Assembly: GCA_951406725.2 (NCBI GenBank)
Contig: OX597826.1
Location: forward strand, 1,922,001-1,986,000
Length of the DNA: 64,000 nucleotides
Direction: 5' to 3'
Origin: Octopus vulgaris
Taxonomy: Eukaryota
Part shown: positions 13,833-27,718 of the stretch, in pieces
Layout: each line of letters begins with the position of its first letter
Position numbering within the stretch: the first letter of the stretch is position 1
Made by a program: the position numbers and the translations under genes
The notes under the pieces: generated by a model
Seen by the model: the letters and a program-made list of their open reading frames with translations, nothing else
What the model was told of the DNA's origin: nothing
Database searches by the model: none

Positions 13833-14192
13833 ATATGGTCTGAATGCATGCATTCCTGTTTATAGCGACAACAACAATGTCTATCAAATGTTCTTTGATA
13901 AAACGATGCTCATTTTTGTGGCGTTATTAAAACAGTGGATAATTGCATGGTATTAATTCAAAAGACTTTCGTGTTTAAGCAGACATCATTTAAGTGTAAA
14001 AGAAAGAAAAAAAAACTCTTTTTATTCAAATATATTTTGAATTGTAAGTGATTAAGTAAACGGAAATAATTAACGTTTAATCATCAGTATATTACTATCT
14101 TTCAATTAAGATGTCGCCACTGTGTACATATGTCTCTCTCTCCCTCTCTCTCCCTGTCTCTCACTGTATACATACATACATACATATAAACA

Positions 14193-14223
<31 letters not shown>

Positions 14224-14399
14224 GTGTTACCATCGTGAAACTAGGATATACATATGTACACGCACACGCATTTAGATGAAGAGATAACTACATAGGTATA
14301 TGTGAAGGTAGATATTGCACATAGATATCCATACATAAATATGTGCCTATGTTCGTGAGTATAACGATATGTAGACATATGTGTATAAGTATGTATACT

Positions 14400-14928
14400 A
14401 TAATAGAAATATTAAAATTACTAAGTGTCTCTAAAACGAAGGTTATATGGATACAGTTTGTGTATCAAATAGCTAACTTAAGGCGATGGCCCCATGGGTC
14501 TAATAAGCGGACAGCTTTATTCTTATTTTTATAAGAATGCCATATTAGTATGGCGATAACTATTATTTTCCGGGAACGCTGCCGTGTTCTCTTTTAGAGA
14601 GACTTAGTAATTTTAATATTTCTATTATTGAAAACAAGTGGATGTATTCCACCGAAACTAGGTAAATAAAACCTTCGAACAGAGATTGTCAGAAGCGACA
14701 CCTATTGGTCTGACTACGCTACATTGAAAAGGGGCAATACCCCGAAACGCGTCTGTAGCTGTCGGTCAAGTAGTGTGGAGCGACTGACCTCCCTTGTTCG
14801 AAGGTTATATGGATATAGTTTGTGTATCAAATAGCTAACTTAAGGCGATGGCCTCATGGAGCTAATAAGCGGACAGCTTTATTCTTATTTTTATAAGAAT
14901 GCCATATTAGTATGGCAATAACTATTAT
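14400..14928 (+). mobile_element. Retrozyme/non-autonomous PLE-like element: 362-bp unit, partial tandem, 5' inverted segment
   Basis: 130-bp direct repeats at 14437-14566 and 14799-14928; 14400-14436 is the inverted copy of 14592-14628; HHR lies between the direct repeats. Confidence 0.8.
14718..14759 (+). ncRNA. Type I hammerhead ribozyme motif (core mutated in this copy)
   Basis: GCTACA-TTGAAAA-GGGG(caata)CCCC-GAA-ACGCGT-C-TGTAGC: perfect 6-bp stem I, 4-bp stem II, palindromic stem III and GUC site. The core differs from CTGANGA by two transitions. Confidence 0.8.
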
Positions 14929-14993
14929 GTATACTATGTATGCTCTATATGTATGTCTATATATATAAATGTAGACATATATATATGTCTATG

Positions 14994-15074
<81 letters not shown>

Positions 15075-15392
15075 GTATATGTATACACATACATATACAC
15101 ACACACACATATATATATATAAATAGAGAGCAGGAGAATGAGGGAGAGAGAGAGACGGAGAGTGAGAAACCGACGTATACATATATACAAGACGCACATA
15201 GATATGTATGTTCACACACATATATATATTTTAGTTACTTAACTACGCATTACATTAATGTACGTCAAGAAATATGTGTGTATGTATGTATGTATGTATG
15301 TATGTATGTATGTATGTATGTATGTATGTATGTATCTATCTATCTATCTATCTATCTATGGTGGATGTCTGTTTGCGTATGCGCGTCTGTGC

Positions 15393-15427
<35 letters not shown>

Positions 15428-16341
15428 CGTGTGTGTGTGTGTGTCTGTGGTATGTGTGTGCTTGTGTGTGTGTGTGTGTCTGTGGTATGTGTGTGCTTGT
15501 GTGTGTGTGTGTGTGTGTGTGTGTCTGTGGTATGTGTGTGCTTGTTTTTTTCAAATCCGATACAAAACTTGTAGTAATTCTGTACATCATTGCGTTACTT
15601 AGCCCGTCGGTAACGCTTTAATGTGATAAGAGAAAAAGAGGAAGAAAGAAAAGAGGAAGAGAGAAAAAGGTGGGAGAAAAAGAGGGAGAGAGAGAAAAAG
15701 TGGGAGGGAGAAAAAGAGAGAGAGAAGCGTCCATGACGTGAGGTAGAGGAAATGTAATTGTAACGCTTTCACGTGATTAGTTTTGGGGGGAAAGAGAGGG
15801 CAAAGAAAAAGGTGAGAGAGAAATGATGAGGCGAAGAGTGAGTGAGAAAGAGAGAGAGAGAGAAGCGTCTATGACGTAAGGTAGGGGGAACGTAATAATT
15901 TTAGCAGAGGAGTGATATTCTGATGGTGAGGTTAAAGAGAGGCAGGGAAGAGAGAAAGAGAGGAGGGAGAGGGAGAGAGGAGAGAGATGAGGGAAAGAGA
16001 GAGAGGGGGAGAAAGATGACGATGAGTAGTGGTGGTGGAAGTGGTGAGGATTGTCGTTGGATAGTGAAAGTATATTTTTCAAAATTGAACTAAGTCATTT
16101 ATATCATTTATTACTTGACGCATGCGCATAAGTGCAATTCCATAAAATATTCACGCTTATTTACGTAGCAGTTATATGCAATTTAACTAAAGATTGTGTC
16201 ATATGTGCGGGATTGTTTCTTTTGTTTGTTTATGGGGAAAATGAAAAAATACGAGTGAATATTTATTTTATGAGTTCTGTGTATTAAGTCTATAAAATTG
16301 TGCATAAAGTATGTAAAGTGTATAAATAAGGTGCATTAAGT

Positions 16342-16762
16342 GGCGCAGGAGTGGCTGTGTGGTAAGTAGCTTGCTTACCAACCACATGGATCCGGATTCA
16401 GTCCCACTGCGTGGTACCTTGGGCAAGTGTCTTCTACTATAAACTCGGGCCGACCAAAGCTTTGTGAGTGGATTTGGTAGACGGAAACTGAAAGAAGCTC
16501 ATCGTATATATGTATATGTATATATGTGTGTGTGTCTGTTTGTGTGTCTGTGTTTGTCCCGCCACCTTCGCTTGAAAACCGATGCTGGTGTGTTTGCGTC
16601 CCCGTTACTTAGCGGTTCGGCAAAAGAGACCGATAGAATAAGTACTGGGCTTATAAAGAATAAGTCCCAGGGTTGATTTGCTCGACTAAAGGCGGTGCTC
16701 CAGCATGGCCGCAGTCAAATGACTGAAACAAGTAAAAGAGTAAAAGAGAAAGTAAGAGTAAG
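16342..16762 (+). mobile_element. SINE family A, full length
   Basis: High similarity to 579-1010. Confidence 0.92.
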
Positions 16763-17094
16763 TAATCACCGTATTCCAGTTTCTTTCCCTTTTCAATCAG
16801 CAGCAGATGAGTGACCATCTTTCCATACAGACATAACACAGGCTATGCTTTCAGGCTTTTTGTATAAAGTTTTCAGGAACAACCCAATAGATTTGCAATT
16901 AATTCTGTGAAATATCCACGGGTCCTGCTAGTGTAAATGAATTCTCATGTGCATTAAAGGAAATCTAGAAAATTTTACGAATTGAACGATTATAAACATA
17001 AAATAAACAAACCCAAAAAATAGAAATTCGATTCCTCAATGACGTCATTCTGTTCGTAAAAATGTCGTCTGCTGCCTTTTTTTAAAAGACCTTT

Positions 17095-17269
17095 TGCCTT
17101 TTTCTTGTCTCAATGATTGTACGGCGGCCATGCTGGAGCACCACCTTTTTTTAAGTACAATACGTTTTCCTTTGTTTTCTTTTGCTGAGCTGGTGTGTTA
17201 CGGTGACGTAAACAAGCACAAACGTACACCCATTTACACACACACACACACCCTCTCTCACATACACAC

Positions 17270-17365
<96 letters not shown>

Positions 17366-17456
17366 GTCTGTATGTCTGTATGTCTGTCTGTTTGTCTGTC
17401 TACCTATCTGCTTGTCTGTCTGTCTCTCTCTCTCTGTGTCTGTCTATCTATCTATG

Positions 17457-17523
<67 letters not shown>

Positions 17524-17700
17524 ATATCTATCTATCTACACACGTTGGGCCTCCTAACAGCTTCCGTCTCCCAAATTCACAATTCACTCACAAGACATTG
17601 GTCGGAACGGAACTATAGTAGGTCAGCTTGCCCAAGGTACTGCACAGTGTATCTGAATTCGAAACCAAGTGGTTTTCAAAGCGAGCTTCTAAATCACATA
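17095..17700 (-). mobile_element. Degenerate SINE family A with expanded (CTAT)n
   Basis: GGCCATGCTGGAGCACCACC and CACTCACAAGACATTGGTCGG match the family A reverse complement. Confidence 0.7.
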
Positions 17701-18025
17701 TTTATACCTTCTAACATAACTTTATTTTTTTCCATCTTCTAATTGCATAGTCTATTGGGGAAAAAAATGCTTGTGTCATGTTCTTGAACGAGTTGTCATT
17801 TTCTGGTAGCGTTGATACAGCTAATCACTATCTCATTAAAAAATATAGTGGCTCATTAAAAATATTCATGTATAAACTTGTTACATAAAGGAAATGTCTT
17901 TTCGCTCTCTTCTAATATAGTTTGAATTATGATTCTGTAAATGGAACGAACAGAGGCGAAACTTCGTCGTTACTGACAACCCTTTACCTTTTGAAATAGC
18001 ACATGTAATATATATAATATATAAA

Positions 18026-18425
18026 GGCGGCGAGCTGGCAGAAACGTTGGTACGCCGGGCGAAATGCTCAGCGGTATTACGTCTGCCGCTACGTTCTAAG
18101 TTCAAATTCCGGCGAGGTCGACTTTGCCTTTCATCCTTTCGGGGTAGATTAAATAAGTACCAGTTACGCACTGGGGTCGATATAATCGACTTAATCCGTT
18201 TGTCTGTCCTTGTTTGTCCTCTCTGTGCTTAGCCCCTTGTTGGCAGTAAAGAAATAAGAAACGTTAGCACGCTGTGCGAAATGTTTAGCAGTATTTCGTC
18301 TGTCTTTAGGTTCTGAGTTCAAATTCCGCTGAGGTCGACATCGCCTTTCATCCTTTCAGGGTCGATAAATTAAGTACCAATTGCGTACAGGGGTCGATCT
18401 ACTGTGCCTAGAGTAGAAATGAATA
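18026..18425 (+). mobile_element. SINE family B, dimeric arrangement
   Basis: GGCGGCGAGCTGGCAGAAACG...AAGTTCAAATTCC...GTCGACTTTGCCTTTCATCCTTTCGGGG...AAGTACC; second unit starts ~18257. Confidence 0.88.
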
Positions 18426-18436
18426 TATATAATATA

Positions 18437-18640
18437 TTCTTTTGCTTGTTTCAGTCGTTTGACTGTCGTCCTGCTGGAACGTAGCCATCAAGGATTTTAA
18501 TCGAACAAATCGATCCCAAGATTTATCTTACGAGTATAAGCCCAGTACTTATTCCTTCGACTTCTTTTGCTGAACCGCTAAATTACGGGGACGTAAACAT
18601 GCCAACACTGGTTATCAAATGGTGATGGGTGATGTGTATG
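18437..18640 (-). mobile_element. SINE family A 3' half
   Basis: TTTCAGTCGTTTGACTG...GAACCGCTAAATTACGGGGACGTAAAC. Confidence 0.8.
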
Positions 18641-18658
18641 TATATGTATATGTATATG

Positions 18659-18707
<49 letters not shown>

Positions 18708-18727
18708 TATATAATCTCTCTCTCCCT

Positions 18728-18798
<71 letters not shown>

Positions 18799-19601
18799 CA
18801 CACGCATGTGCATATATGGGTACAGAACGCCACCAAATAACATGAAATACGTAAATACACGAGGGAAAAACGAGTGGAATACGTAAACAATGAGAAAAAT
18901 GGAAAACAGGACAAGTTGACACAAAGAAAGGACCCTTCATCAGTTGTCGGTTGTCTATCTACTTCTCATTTCAACTCCTCATTTTATATTGTCTGCGAAT
19001 AGGGTGGAGATTGAATTTTGTTGATTCAGTCAGTTTCCTTGTTCTCCTATTGAGGTGGTGCTTAACTGTATTAAGTTCTAATGGACCGTTTAGAAAGTTA
19101 TCACAAGTAGAATTGATGCTAAGTGTTATATTTAACTTAAACTGAACATATGTAATTAATTCTATATTAAACTCTTTTAATATCAGCCTTCAGCGTTAAG
19201 CATTGATTTTCAGCGAATTTTCCAGGCCCTAATTTTTGTATAAATCTACGAGCAGGGAATTTCAACTTCTAAATGTGACCACAATGAAAATAAATTACAA
19301 TATTCATAATGACAACGCCCCTAAAGCTCCCTATAGAAACGTCGAGAAGTGGGTAGCTTCCCTGTCTAAATCCATCTGAAGTGCAAGAAGCAAAGATGCT
19401 ATAACTGCATCATAATTTAAAATGTCGTCTGACAAATATAGTGAAAAATTTGAAATTATTTACGGATATTTATACAACAGGAGATTTTCTTCTTTCTGAA
19501 ATCAGTTCTAAATAATGAAACAGCCTGTGAAATCTATCAACAGTAATTCTATGATGTTATCTAACTGACGGCGGAGAAAGAAGTATAAATGTGTGTGTGT
19601 G

Positions 19602-19637
<36 letters not shown>

Positions 19638-19887
19638 TCTCTCTCTCTCTCTCTGCCTGCATATATTCATATATACATACATGCATACACATATATACAT
19701 ACATACATATACGTATGGCATATATAACGATGAGTATAACTTTGGTATCTATCAATCTCTTTCTCTTTCTCTCTCTCTCTCTCTCTGCATATATATATAT
19801 ATGCACACACACACTACATGTATATGATGGATTTTAACATGTGGGAACAATTGTATAAAGGATATGTGAAAGTTAATGTTATTGTAG

Positions 19888-19918
<31 letters not shown>

Positions 19919-20755
19919 AGGCAAAGTCAACATTGGTGGAATTTGAATTGAGAACGTAAAGCCGGAAGAAATGTCACAAGCATTTGGTCCGGCGTACTTC
20001 TACTAACAATAACATTGCAATTGTTGTTGCTGTTCTTCTTCTTGTCCTCCTCCTGTTGCTTCTTCTTCTTCTTCTTCTTCTTCTTCTTCTTCTTCTTCTT
20101 CTTCTTCTTCTTCTTCTTCTTCTTCTTCTTCTTGTTCTTCCTCTTCCTCTTCCTCTTCCTCCTCTTCTTCTTCACCCTCCTCCTCCTCCTCCATCCTCTA
20201 TCTTCATTCTTCTTCTTCTTCTTCTTCTTCTTCTTCTTCTTCTTCTTCTTCTTCTTCTTCTTCTCCTTCTTCGTCTTCTTGTGCTCCTCCTCCTCCTCCT
20301 TCTTCCCTCCCCCAGCCCCACCCCATTCAATAGTGTTATTTATTTATACGTTCATTCGCAAATCGCAAATTCGCATGGTTCTGCCAAACGACTCTTCTAC
20401 CAAACACAGCAGACTCGGAGGAGGTTAATTTCACACTTTTCTTTATTTTTACTTTCTAATCTGTTGTATCGCCATTAATCAAACACACACACACACACAC
20501 ACACATGCACACACATTCTCATACACATTCTCAGACATACGTACAACGCATGCGCACACACCTCCTTGGTGATTGATAATGGTTTGATCAATATTATTTT
20601 TGCTTCTTCATCGGATTTTTCTTTCAAGTATTAAAAAAAAAACAACAACAAAAACAAAACAAAGAAATCAACAATCCAACTATAAAGAATATATAACAAC
20701 AAAACAAATACAACATTAACATCTACAGCAACACCAACAACAGCAATAATTGCTG

Positions 20756-20809
<54 letters not shown>

Positions 20810-20934
20810 TTACTACTACTACTATCACCACCACCACTACTACTAGTACTACAACAACAACAACAACAACTACTACTACTACTACTATCAAACCACCACC
20901 ACCACTGCAATCACCACCATCACCAACACTACTG

Positions 20935-20986
<52 letters not shown>

Positions 20987-20993
20987 CACTAAC

Positions 20994-21285
20994 GATTTGG
21001 TGTCTGAAAACTGTCTAGGTCGTGCCTATAATAATTGGTGCGTTGGGAACAGAAAACGAAGATATGGAGAAATGGCTGAAGGAGACTGGAATCGAACGCC
21101 CGGTGGAACCCCTACAGAAAGTTTGTCTCTTAGGGACAGCAAGGATTGTCAGGAGTGTTCCAAGCACTTGAAAAACTGTTGAAAACTTGTGGATACCTAA
21201 GGTTACAAGTAGTAACCCGTTACCCACAGAAATCCCACCAGGAATAAGACGGAGCTCGAGTCAAACCAAAGAACAACAACAACAT
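20994..21285 (+). pseudogene. 3' fragment of R4/Dong-type RLE non-LTR retrotransposon
   Basis: Translates to VVPIIIGALGT...WLKETGI...LQKVCLLGTARIVRSV, the typical RLE C-terminus; followed by a 3' UTR and a short (AAC)n tail. Confidence 0.8.
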
Positions 21286-21289
21286 CGAT

Positions 21290-21574
21290 AACGAAAATCT
21301 AAGAGTCAGGTTCGAGAAATATGTCGAGAGAAATTGGAATTAAAATGAAGGCAGAGCAGGCCCCACTAAAAGAAAAAAAAGACTGCTCTATTAGGGGCAG
21401 CTAGGATTTTGAGATTGGTACTTGAGTGTTGAGTGTCTTCCACGATAAGTTAACATGCAGGCACCAAAGGTGATAATTTGCGGAAAGAGACCCTGTGAGA
21501 CCTCTGACATCAGGTTGCTGTCTGCTCTCAGAGAATCAACGAAAGCAAGGAAGACCGAGGGCTCTGAAAAGTAA

Positions 21575-21575
<1 letters not shown>
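21290..21575 (+). pseudogene. Second R4/Dong-type 3' fragment
   Basis: KTALLGAARILRLVLEC*, then 3' UTR running into (TAA)n. Confidence 0.7.
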
Positions 21576-21643
<68 letters not shown>

Positions 21644-21671
21644 GATGATGATAATAATAATAATAATAATG

Positions 21672-21712
<41 letters not shown>

Positions 21713-21722
21713 GATGATGATG

Positions 21723-21808
<86 letters not shown>

Positions 21809-21809
21809 T

Positions 21810-22310
21810 GGAAGTGTTATCATGTACATTGTTTTGTCTTGGTATAAAAGATGGGCTACAGCAAATATTCTGCTCAATACCACAGATTTGCTTGTCAGTT
21901 GTTTGACCATAACCAGTTGAGCATGTCCCTTAGTGGCTGACGATATGTGCATCTCTGATCACGAGCAGAAGTAGTGGGAGAGCATCATAGCCATGTGTTG
22001 AGAGGGATTCTTTGGGGTTTGAATAGTTCACCTCTGGAAACGTGGGTGGTTCTTTCAACATCCTTAAACAACCCTTATTCAGGGACCGTTTGAGCGGGAT
22101 GGGCTACTCAACCTGAAGAAAATTCTAACTGGGCCCCACCTGCAAGGTCATGTGCTGTTTATCTTGATATGAGATCACCATGTCGCGCACATATGGTTGT
22201 GATGCATGTGCCTGGTGTACCTTTATCAGACGGGTAGTCATGATGGGTATATTGGGCTTCGTATATTTTACCCCAGTGTCACTTTGATGGCATGAACTGC
22301 TCTCTCACTC
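21810..22310 (+). mobile_element. ~500-bp non-coding insert flanked on both sides by (TAA)n; probable 3' UTR of a TAA-targeting retroelement
   Basis: Complex sequence ending ...CTCTCTCACTC-AATAATAAT with TAA arrays on both sides; identity is inferred. Confidence 0.55.
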
Positions 22311-22348
<38 letters not shown>

Positions 22349-22349
22349 C

Positions 22350-22407
<58 letters not shown>

Positions 22408-22482
22408 GTAGCAACAAGAATAACAATAATAATAATAATAATGACAATAATAATAATAATAGTAGTAGTAGTAGTTTTTGTT

Positions 22483-22518
<36 letters not shown>

Positions 22519-23684
22519 AGAGATGAGGCTGTTATAACACTGTGTCATCTTGTATGTTGTTGAGCTTCGAATGGAAAAACCCTGGTGGCTGATAATAATA
22601 ATAAAAATGCGACGGTGGAGCGAATTTTAGAAGGTATTGTGCCGTAGTGGCGGTTTGTCTGTTTAGTTTAGTTGAATGTTTAACTGAATTTGCTTGAAGT
22701 ATTTTGGCCACTTTGAAGTAAACTTAAGCCCATGGCTTGTTACACGTCTGGCCGCCATCTTTACTCTTGCTTTTCTCATCAATGCGAGTAGTTCGCGGCT
22801 TTTTCCTTTGTCAGAGCCTGTCTTTCTCTTGCTTTGTTTCTCTCTCTTTCTCACTCACTCGACTGTTGCTCTATCTTTTACACATACGTACATGTATATG
22901 CATATATATGTATATGTATATATGAGTACATACATATATATATATGAATATATATACACCTATATATATATGCATACACACACACATGCACGCACACATA
23001 TACATACATACATATACATAAGTATATATATATGCATATGTATATATGTCTGTTTCTGACTCTACTTGTTTGTCTCAGTCTCTGTCTATTTATCCCTCTC
23101 TCTGTCTCTCCCTATATTTCGCATATCTTTTACTCACACTCTCACTCTCTCACTCCTCTCCTTAATTCTCTCTCTCTCTCTCTCACCCCCTTCAATCACT
23201 GCTTACGCTTTTTCTCAGAAGCGCCAGAACCAACAACACCTTTGGACGTATGACTGAGTTTATAGCAGCAGTTTTGTTAATATTACAACAATGTGAATAG
23301 GAAAAGAGAAAAAAAAAAATAGCAAAAAACCCAACCAAAAAAAAAAGAACAAAAATAAAACCAGAACAAAGCATAAAAGACAAAGCAAAAGAAATATACA
23401 AATGATTGTCTGTAATAGAAATGGTGCTAAGGACGTCCGTCTCTAATAATGGCTTCTTTTGATTTGGCAAAAGGTTAACGTCTTGTCGAGGTGGTGTTAA
23501 TAAAGTTGATTGAATTGACATCACTATGTAGTTGCTCTCTCACACATTTTATCGACCTCGGCTGGAAGACGAAGCCGACGTCGAAGACTGTAATAATAAT
23601 AACAATAATAATAATAATAATAATAATAACAATGATAATAACAATGATAATAATAATAATGATAATGATAATAATGATAAAAGT

Positions 23685-23980
23685 GTGATAAAAAAGGGAT
23701 GTCAGAAACATCCAGATAAGATCTCAGGAGAACCATGTCTCAGAGAAATCCAAAAGATTGTGCTGACAAGTACTGCCCACTTCCTTAGAAGAAACTCTAT
23801 CCATTTAAATGTCTGTGTTGTATTACATGAAGATATTTTATCACTACCTACCCCCTCCCCACGCTTTCAGCCATATTGTAACATCTCTTATCCTTCATTC
23901 GCCCCAGGACGCTGGGTGTGTCTCGGCAAGTGACTGTAATAAAGATGCAAATTAGAATTAACAACAACAACAATAATAAT
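23685..23980 (+). pseudogene. R4/Dong-type 3' fragment in a TAA-like array
   Basis: IKKGCQKHPDKISGEPCLREIQKIVLTSTAHFLRR (ORF 23532-23933), then UTR and (AAC/AAT)n tail. Confidence 0.75.
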
Positions 23981-24089
23981 ATATGGAGTGAATGTGTCAG
24001 AAAAATGTAGAGACTCACCAACTCGGAAAGAGATGGTGGCACACATTGTGATAGAGTGCCCCTCTCTGTCTTTTCTCCCCTTTTCTCTA

Positions 24090-24247
24090 TCATGTGACTT
24101 TGTAAATGAACCATCCTTGGCCAACATCCTTGAAAGTTCCATCTGAATCCATCTCGTGGTTCTTGAGATATCTTGTCTACGGACAAACAAACAAACAAAC
24201 ATGACCGAAAAACATTACCTCCGCCTTCGCTAAGGCGGAGGTAATAA
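24090..24247. mobile_element. Helentron/HINE-like non-autonomous element end
   Basis: AAAGTTCCATCTGAATCC...GAGATATC...(CAAA)n followed by terminal hairpin ATTACCTCCGCCTT-cgct-AAGGCGGAGGTAAT. Confidence 0.55.
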
Positions 24248-25212
24248 CGATTGCTGAGACGTGTGTTCGACGAGAAGTTAACAGTTTGCAGTTTAGATAT
24301 TCAACAACGTTTGATCACGTTCGACTTTTATGCTTTTTTTCTTGGAGATATAATGAGAGATTAGATTAGAGGTAAATTAATAATTAGAAATAAAAGGGTA
24401 GATAGTAAAGAGAAGATAAGAAATTGGATTATTTGCTTGTTGATCACGATATCGCTTCTAAAGACGTTTTAGTTGTTTCTGATCAAAGCTTTGTCTTCTA
24501 AATTGCTTAAGTTCACTCCAGCGATAGGTAAAGTGGTGTGTCTTCCAATAAACACAAGAAGACCACATTGCCGTTTCGACAATCCCTTAAATCACGTCTT
24601 ACCATGTTGAACAATTACGAACTTGTGGGACCCGTGAATATTTCACAGAGTTAATGGTAAAATTACTGGGTTATTTCTGAAAACTTTATCCAAAAAACCC
24701 CTGAAAGCGAAGCCTGTGTTGTGCCTGTATCAAAAGAAAATACAATCAAGGCGGTACCCCAGCATGACCGCAGGCCATTGACACAAGTAAAAGATAAACG
24801 ATGAAAGTTGCGCTCTAGTTCGTAAAACCCTCGTTCACTTTTCATGAAACTGATAGATGAGGGAGATGAAAATATATAAAAGCCTTAGTTTAAGACTATA
24901 ACATGAAAGAAGCGCTCTGGTTCGTTGCTAGAGCCTGGAATGATATAAAACCCATCAATGCCAGAACATGGCTGCCATGGCTATACGGCGTCGCCTGCCT
25001 AAATGATTTGAGAATTGACTGGACGAAAATATGGACAATGCTTTTACAGGATTTCATGCATCAAAAAGGAAAAAAAGTTCTTAATGTGTTGCTAGAATAT
25101 ATCATGTGTTAAAGGGAACCTCTTTTGGTTTAGAAAAACTGATAATTCGGAAAGGCTTTGGAACTAATGTTCCAGGAAAATCGACAGTGTACCTACCTAT
25201 AAATTAAAAATC

Positions 25213-25255
<43 letters not shown>

Positions 25256-25920
25256 AAAGACGTTCTGTCTAACGTGTTATTGAATAAGTCGTTAAGCGAC
25301 TCGTTGAAATCTTGGTCGCAAGGTGCGAAAAATGGAGTAAGATCACGCTATGTTTATCTCGTTAACACGTTTGCATAAAGGTAAAGAAAATATATAATGG
25401 TGTATATGATAATGGAGTTGGGGTGGGTGGATTTATATTGGATATATTTCATACAATTACTCTGACCATTACACTGAACGCTTTACGGCATTTATATTGC
25501 TAGTTAGAGACCAGACATTCTGTAAAAATGCGACAACAACCTCGCCAAATGTAAATATAATTGACTATTTAGCATATTATGCATATATGCACAGCCATTG
25601 CTTTCTCTGTCACTCTCGCCACCACTATTCTCACTTGGCATTCTGCACATATAATTATATTAACACATACTCACACATACACGCATGCGTACGGACACGC
25701 ATAAATACATACAATGCCAGTACATGAATATGTATTCTATAGACTTATTTAAGTAACTTTACACATATATACATTAATCTATTTAATTTTCGTTCTATAA
25801 GATTCGCTCACGCACGATGCACGCACACAAATGAATGTGTGTATTTGTGTACTCGCAAATGTATGTGTGTATATGTAAGCAATGAGAGTGTGTCTGTGTA
25901 TATTTACATATATTCATTTA

Positions 25921-26340
<420 letters not shown>

Positions 26341-26517
26341 AAACTTATGTCCGAATCAGCATTCGTAAAACGAGTCAGAAATACCACTAGCATATATTTC
26401 GTGTTCATGTGTGAAACATGAAGTCATGGAGTTGTGTATTATTGACGGCTTATTTGTAAACAGAAACTCTGTACAATATAATGAGGGTTCGTTCTTTTCG
26501 TTTGTACGCTAGGACTC

Positions 26518-26588
<71 letters not shown>

Positions 26589-26806
26589 CAGTGGTTTTCA
26601 ACCAGGGTTTCGCGGAACCTTAGGGTCCCGCCAGTACAGTCCAGGGGTTCCGCAAGAAGTTACAAAACTGCTAAAATCGGCAGCAATTTTAATTCTCCTG
26701 TGCAGGTATGTGTGCATAAGACTATTAAATTATTGCACAGGGGTTCCTCGAGCCAGTGGAATGTTTCCTTGGGGTTCCTCGCCAGCAAAAAGTTTGAAAA
26801 GCACTC
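26589..26806. mobile_element. hAT/Charlie-like MITE
   Basis: Termini CAGTGGTTTTCAACC and GTTTGAAAAGCACT; subterminal GGGTTCC/GGAACC motifs. Confidence 0.65.
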
Positions 26807-26815
26807 CAGCAAAAG

Positions 26816-27050
26816 TTTCAGTCATTTGATTGCGGCCATGCTGAAGCACAGCCTTTAGTCGAGCAAATCAACCCCAGCACTTATTCTTTGTAAGCCTAGT
26901 ACTTATTCTATCGGTCTCTTTTACTGAACCGCTGAGTTACAGGGACGTAAAAACACCAGCATCTGTTGCCAAGCGATATTGTGGTACAAACACAGACACA
27001 CAAACATATATACACACCCACATACATACAGGCATGCATACATACATACA

Positions 27051-27084
<34 letters not shown>

Positions 27085-27232
27085 CATACATATATATATA
27101 TATACAGCGGACTTCTTTTAGTTTCCGTCTACCAAATCCACTCATAAGTCTTTGGTGGGCCCGAGGCTGTAGTAGAAGGTACTTGCCCAAATTGCTACGC
27201 AGTGGGGCTGAACCTGGAACCATGTGGTTAGT
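26816..27232 (-). mobile_element. SINE family A
   Basis: Reverse-complement match. Confidence 0.88.
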
Positions 27233-27317
27233 AGCGTACCAATTTGAACATTGAGAGCGAACACCTCTTGCTTTGAGTCATCCTGACGAAAACTTCTTGT
27301 GTCTTTTATATGTTATC

Positions 27318-27718
<401 letters not shown>

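Noticed and set aside
24860-25112. Possible pogo transposase remnant (KEALWFVARAWNDIK)
   Set aside because: Only one weak motif and no TIRs found.
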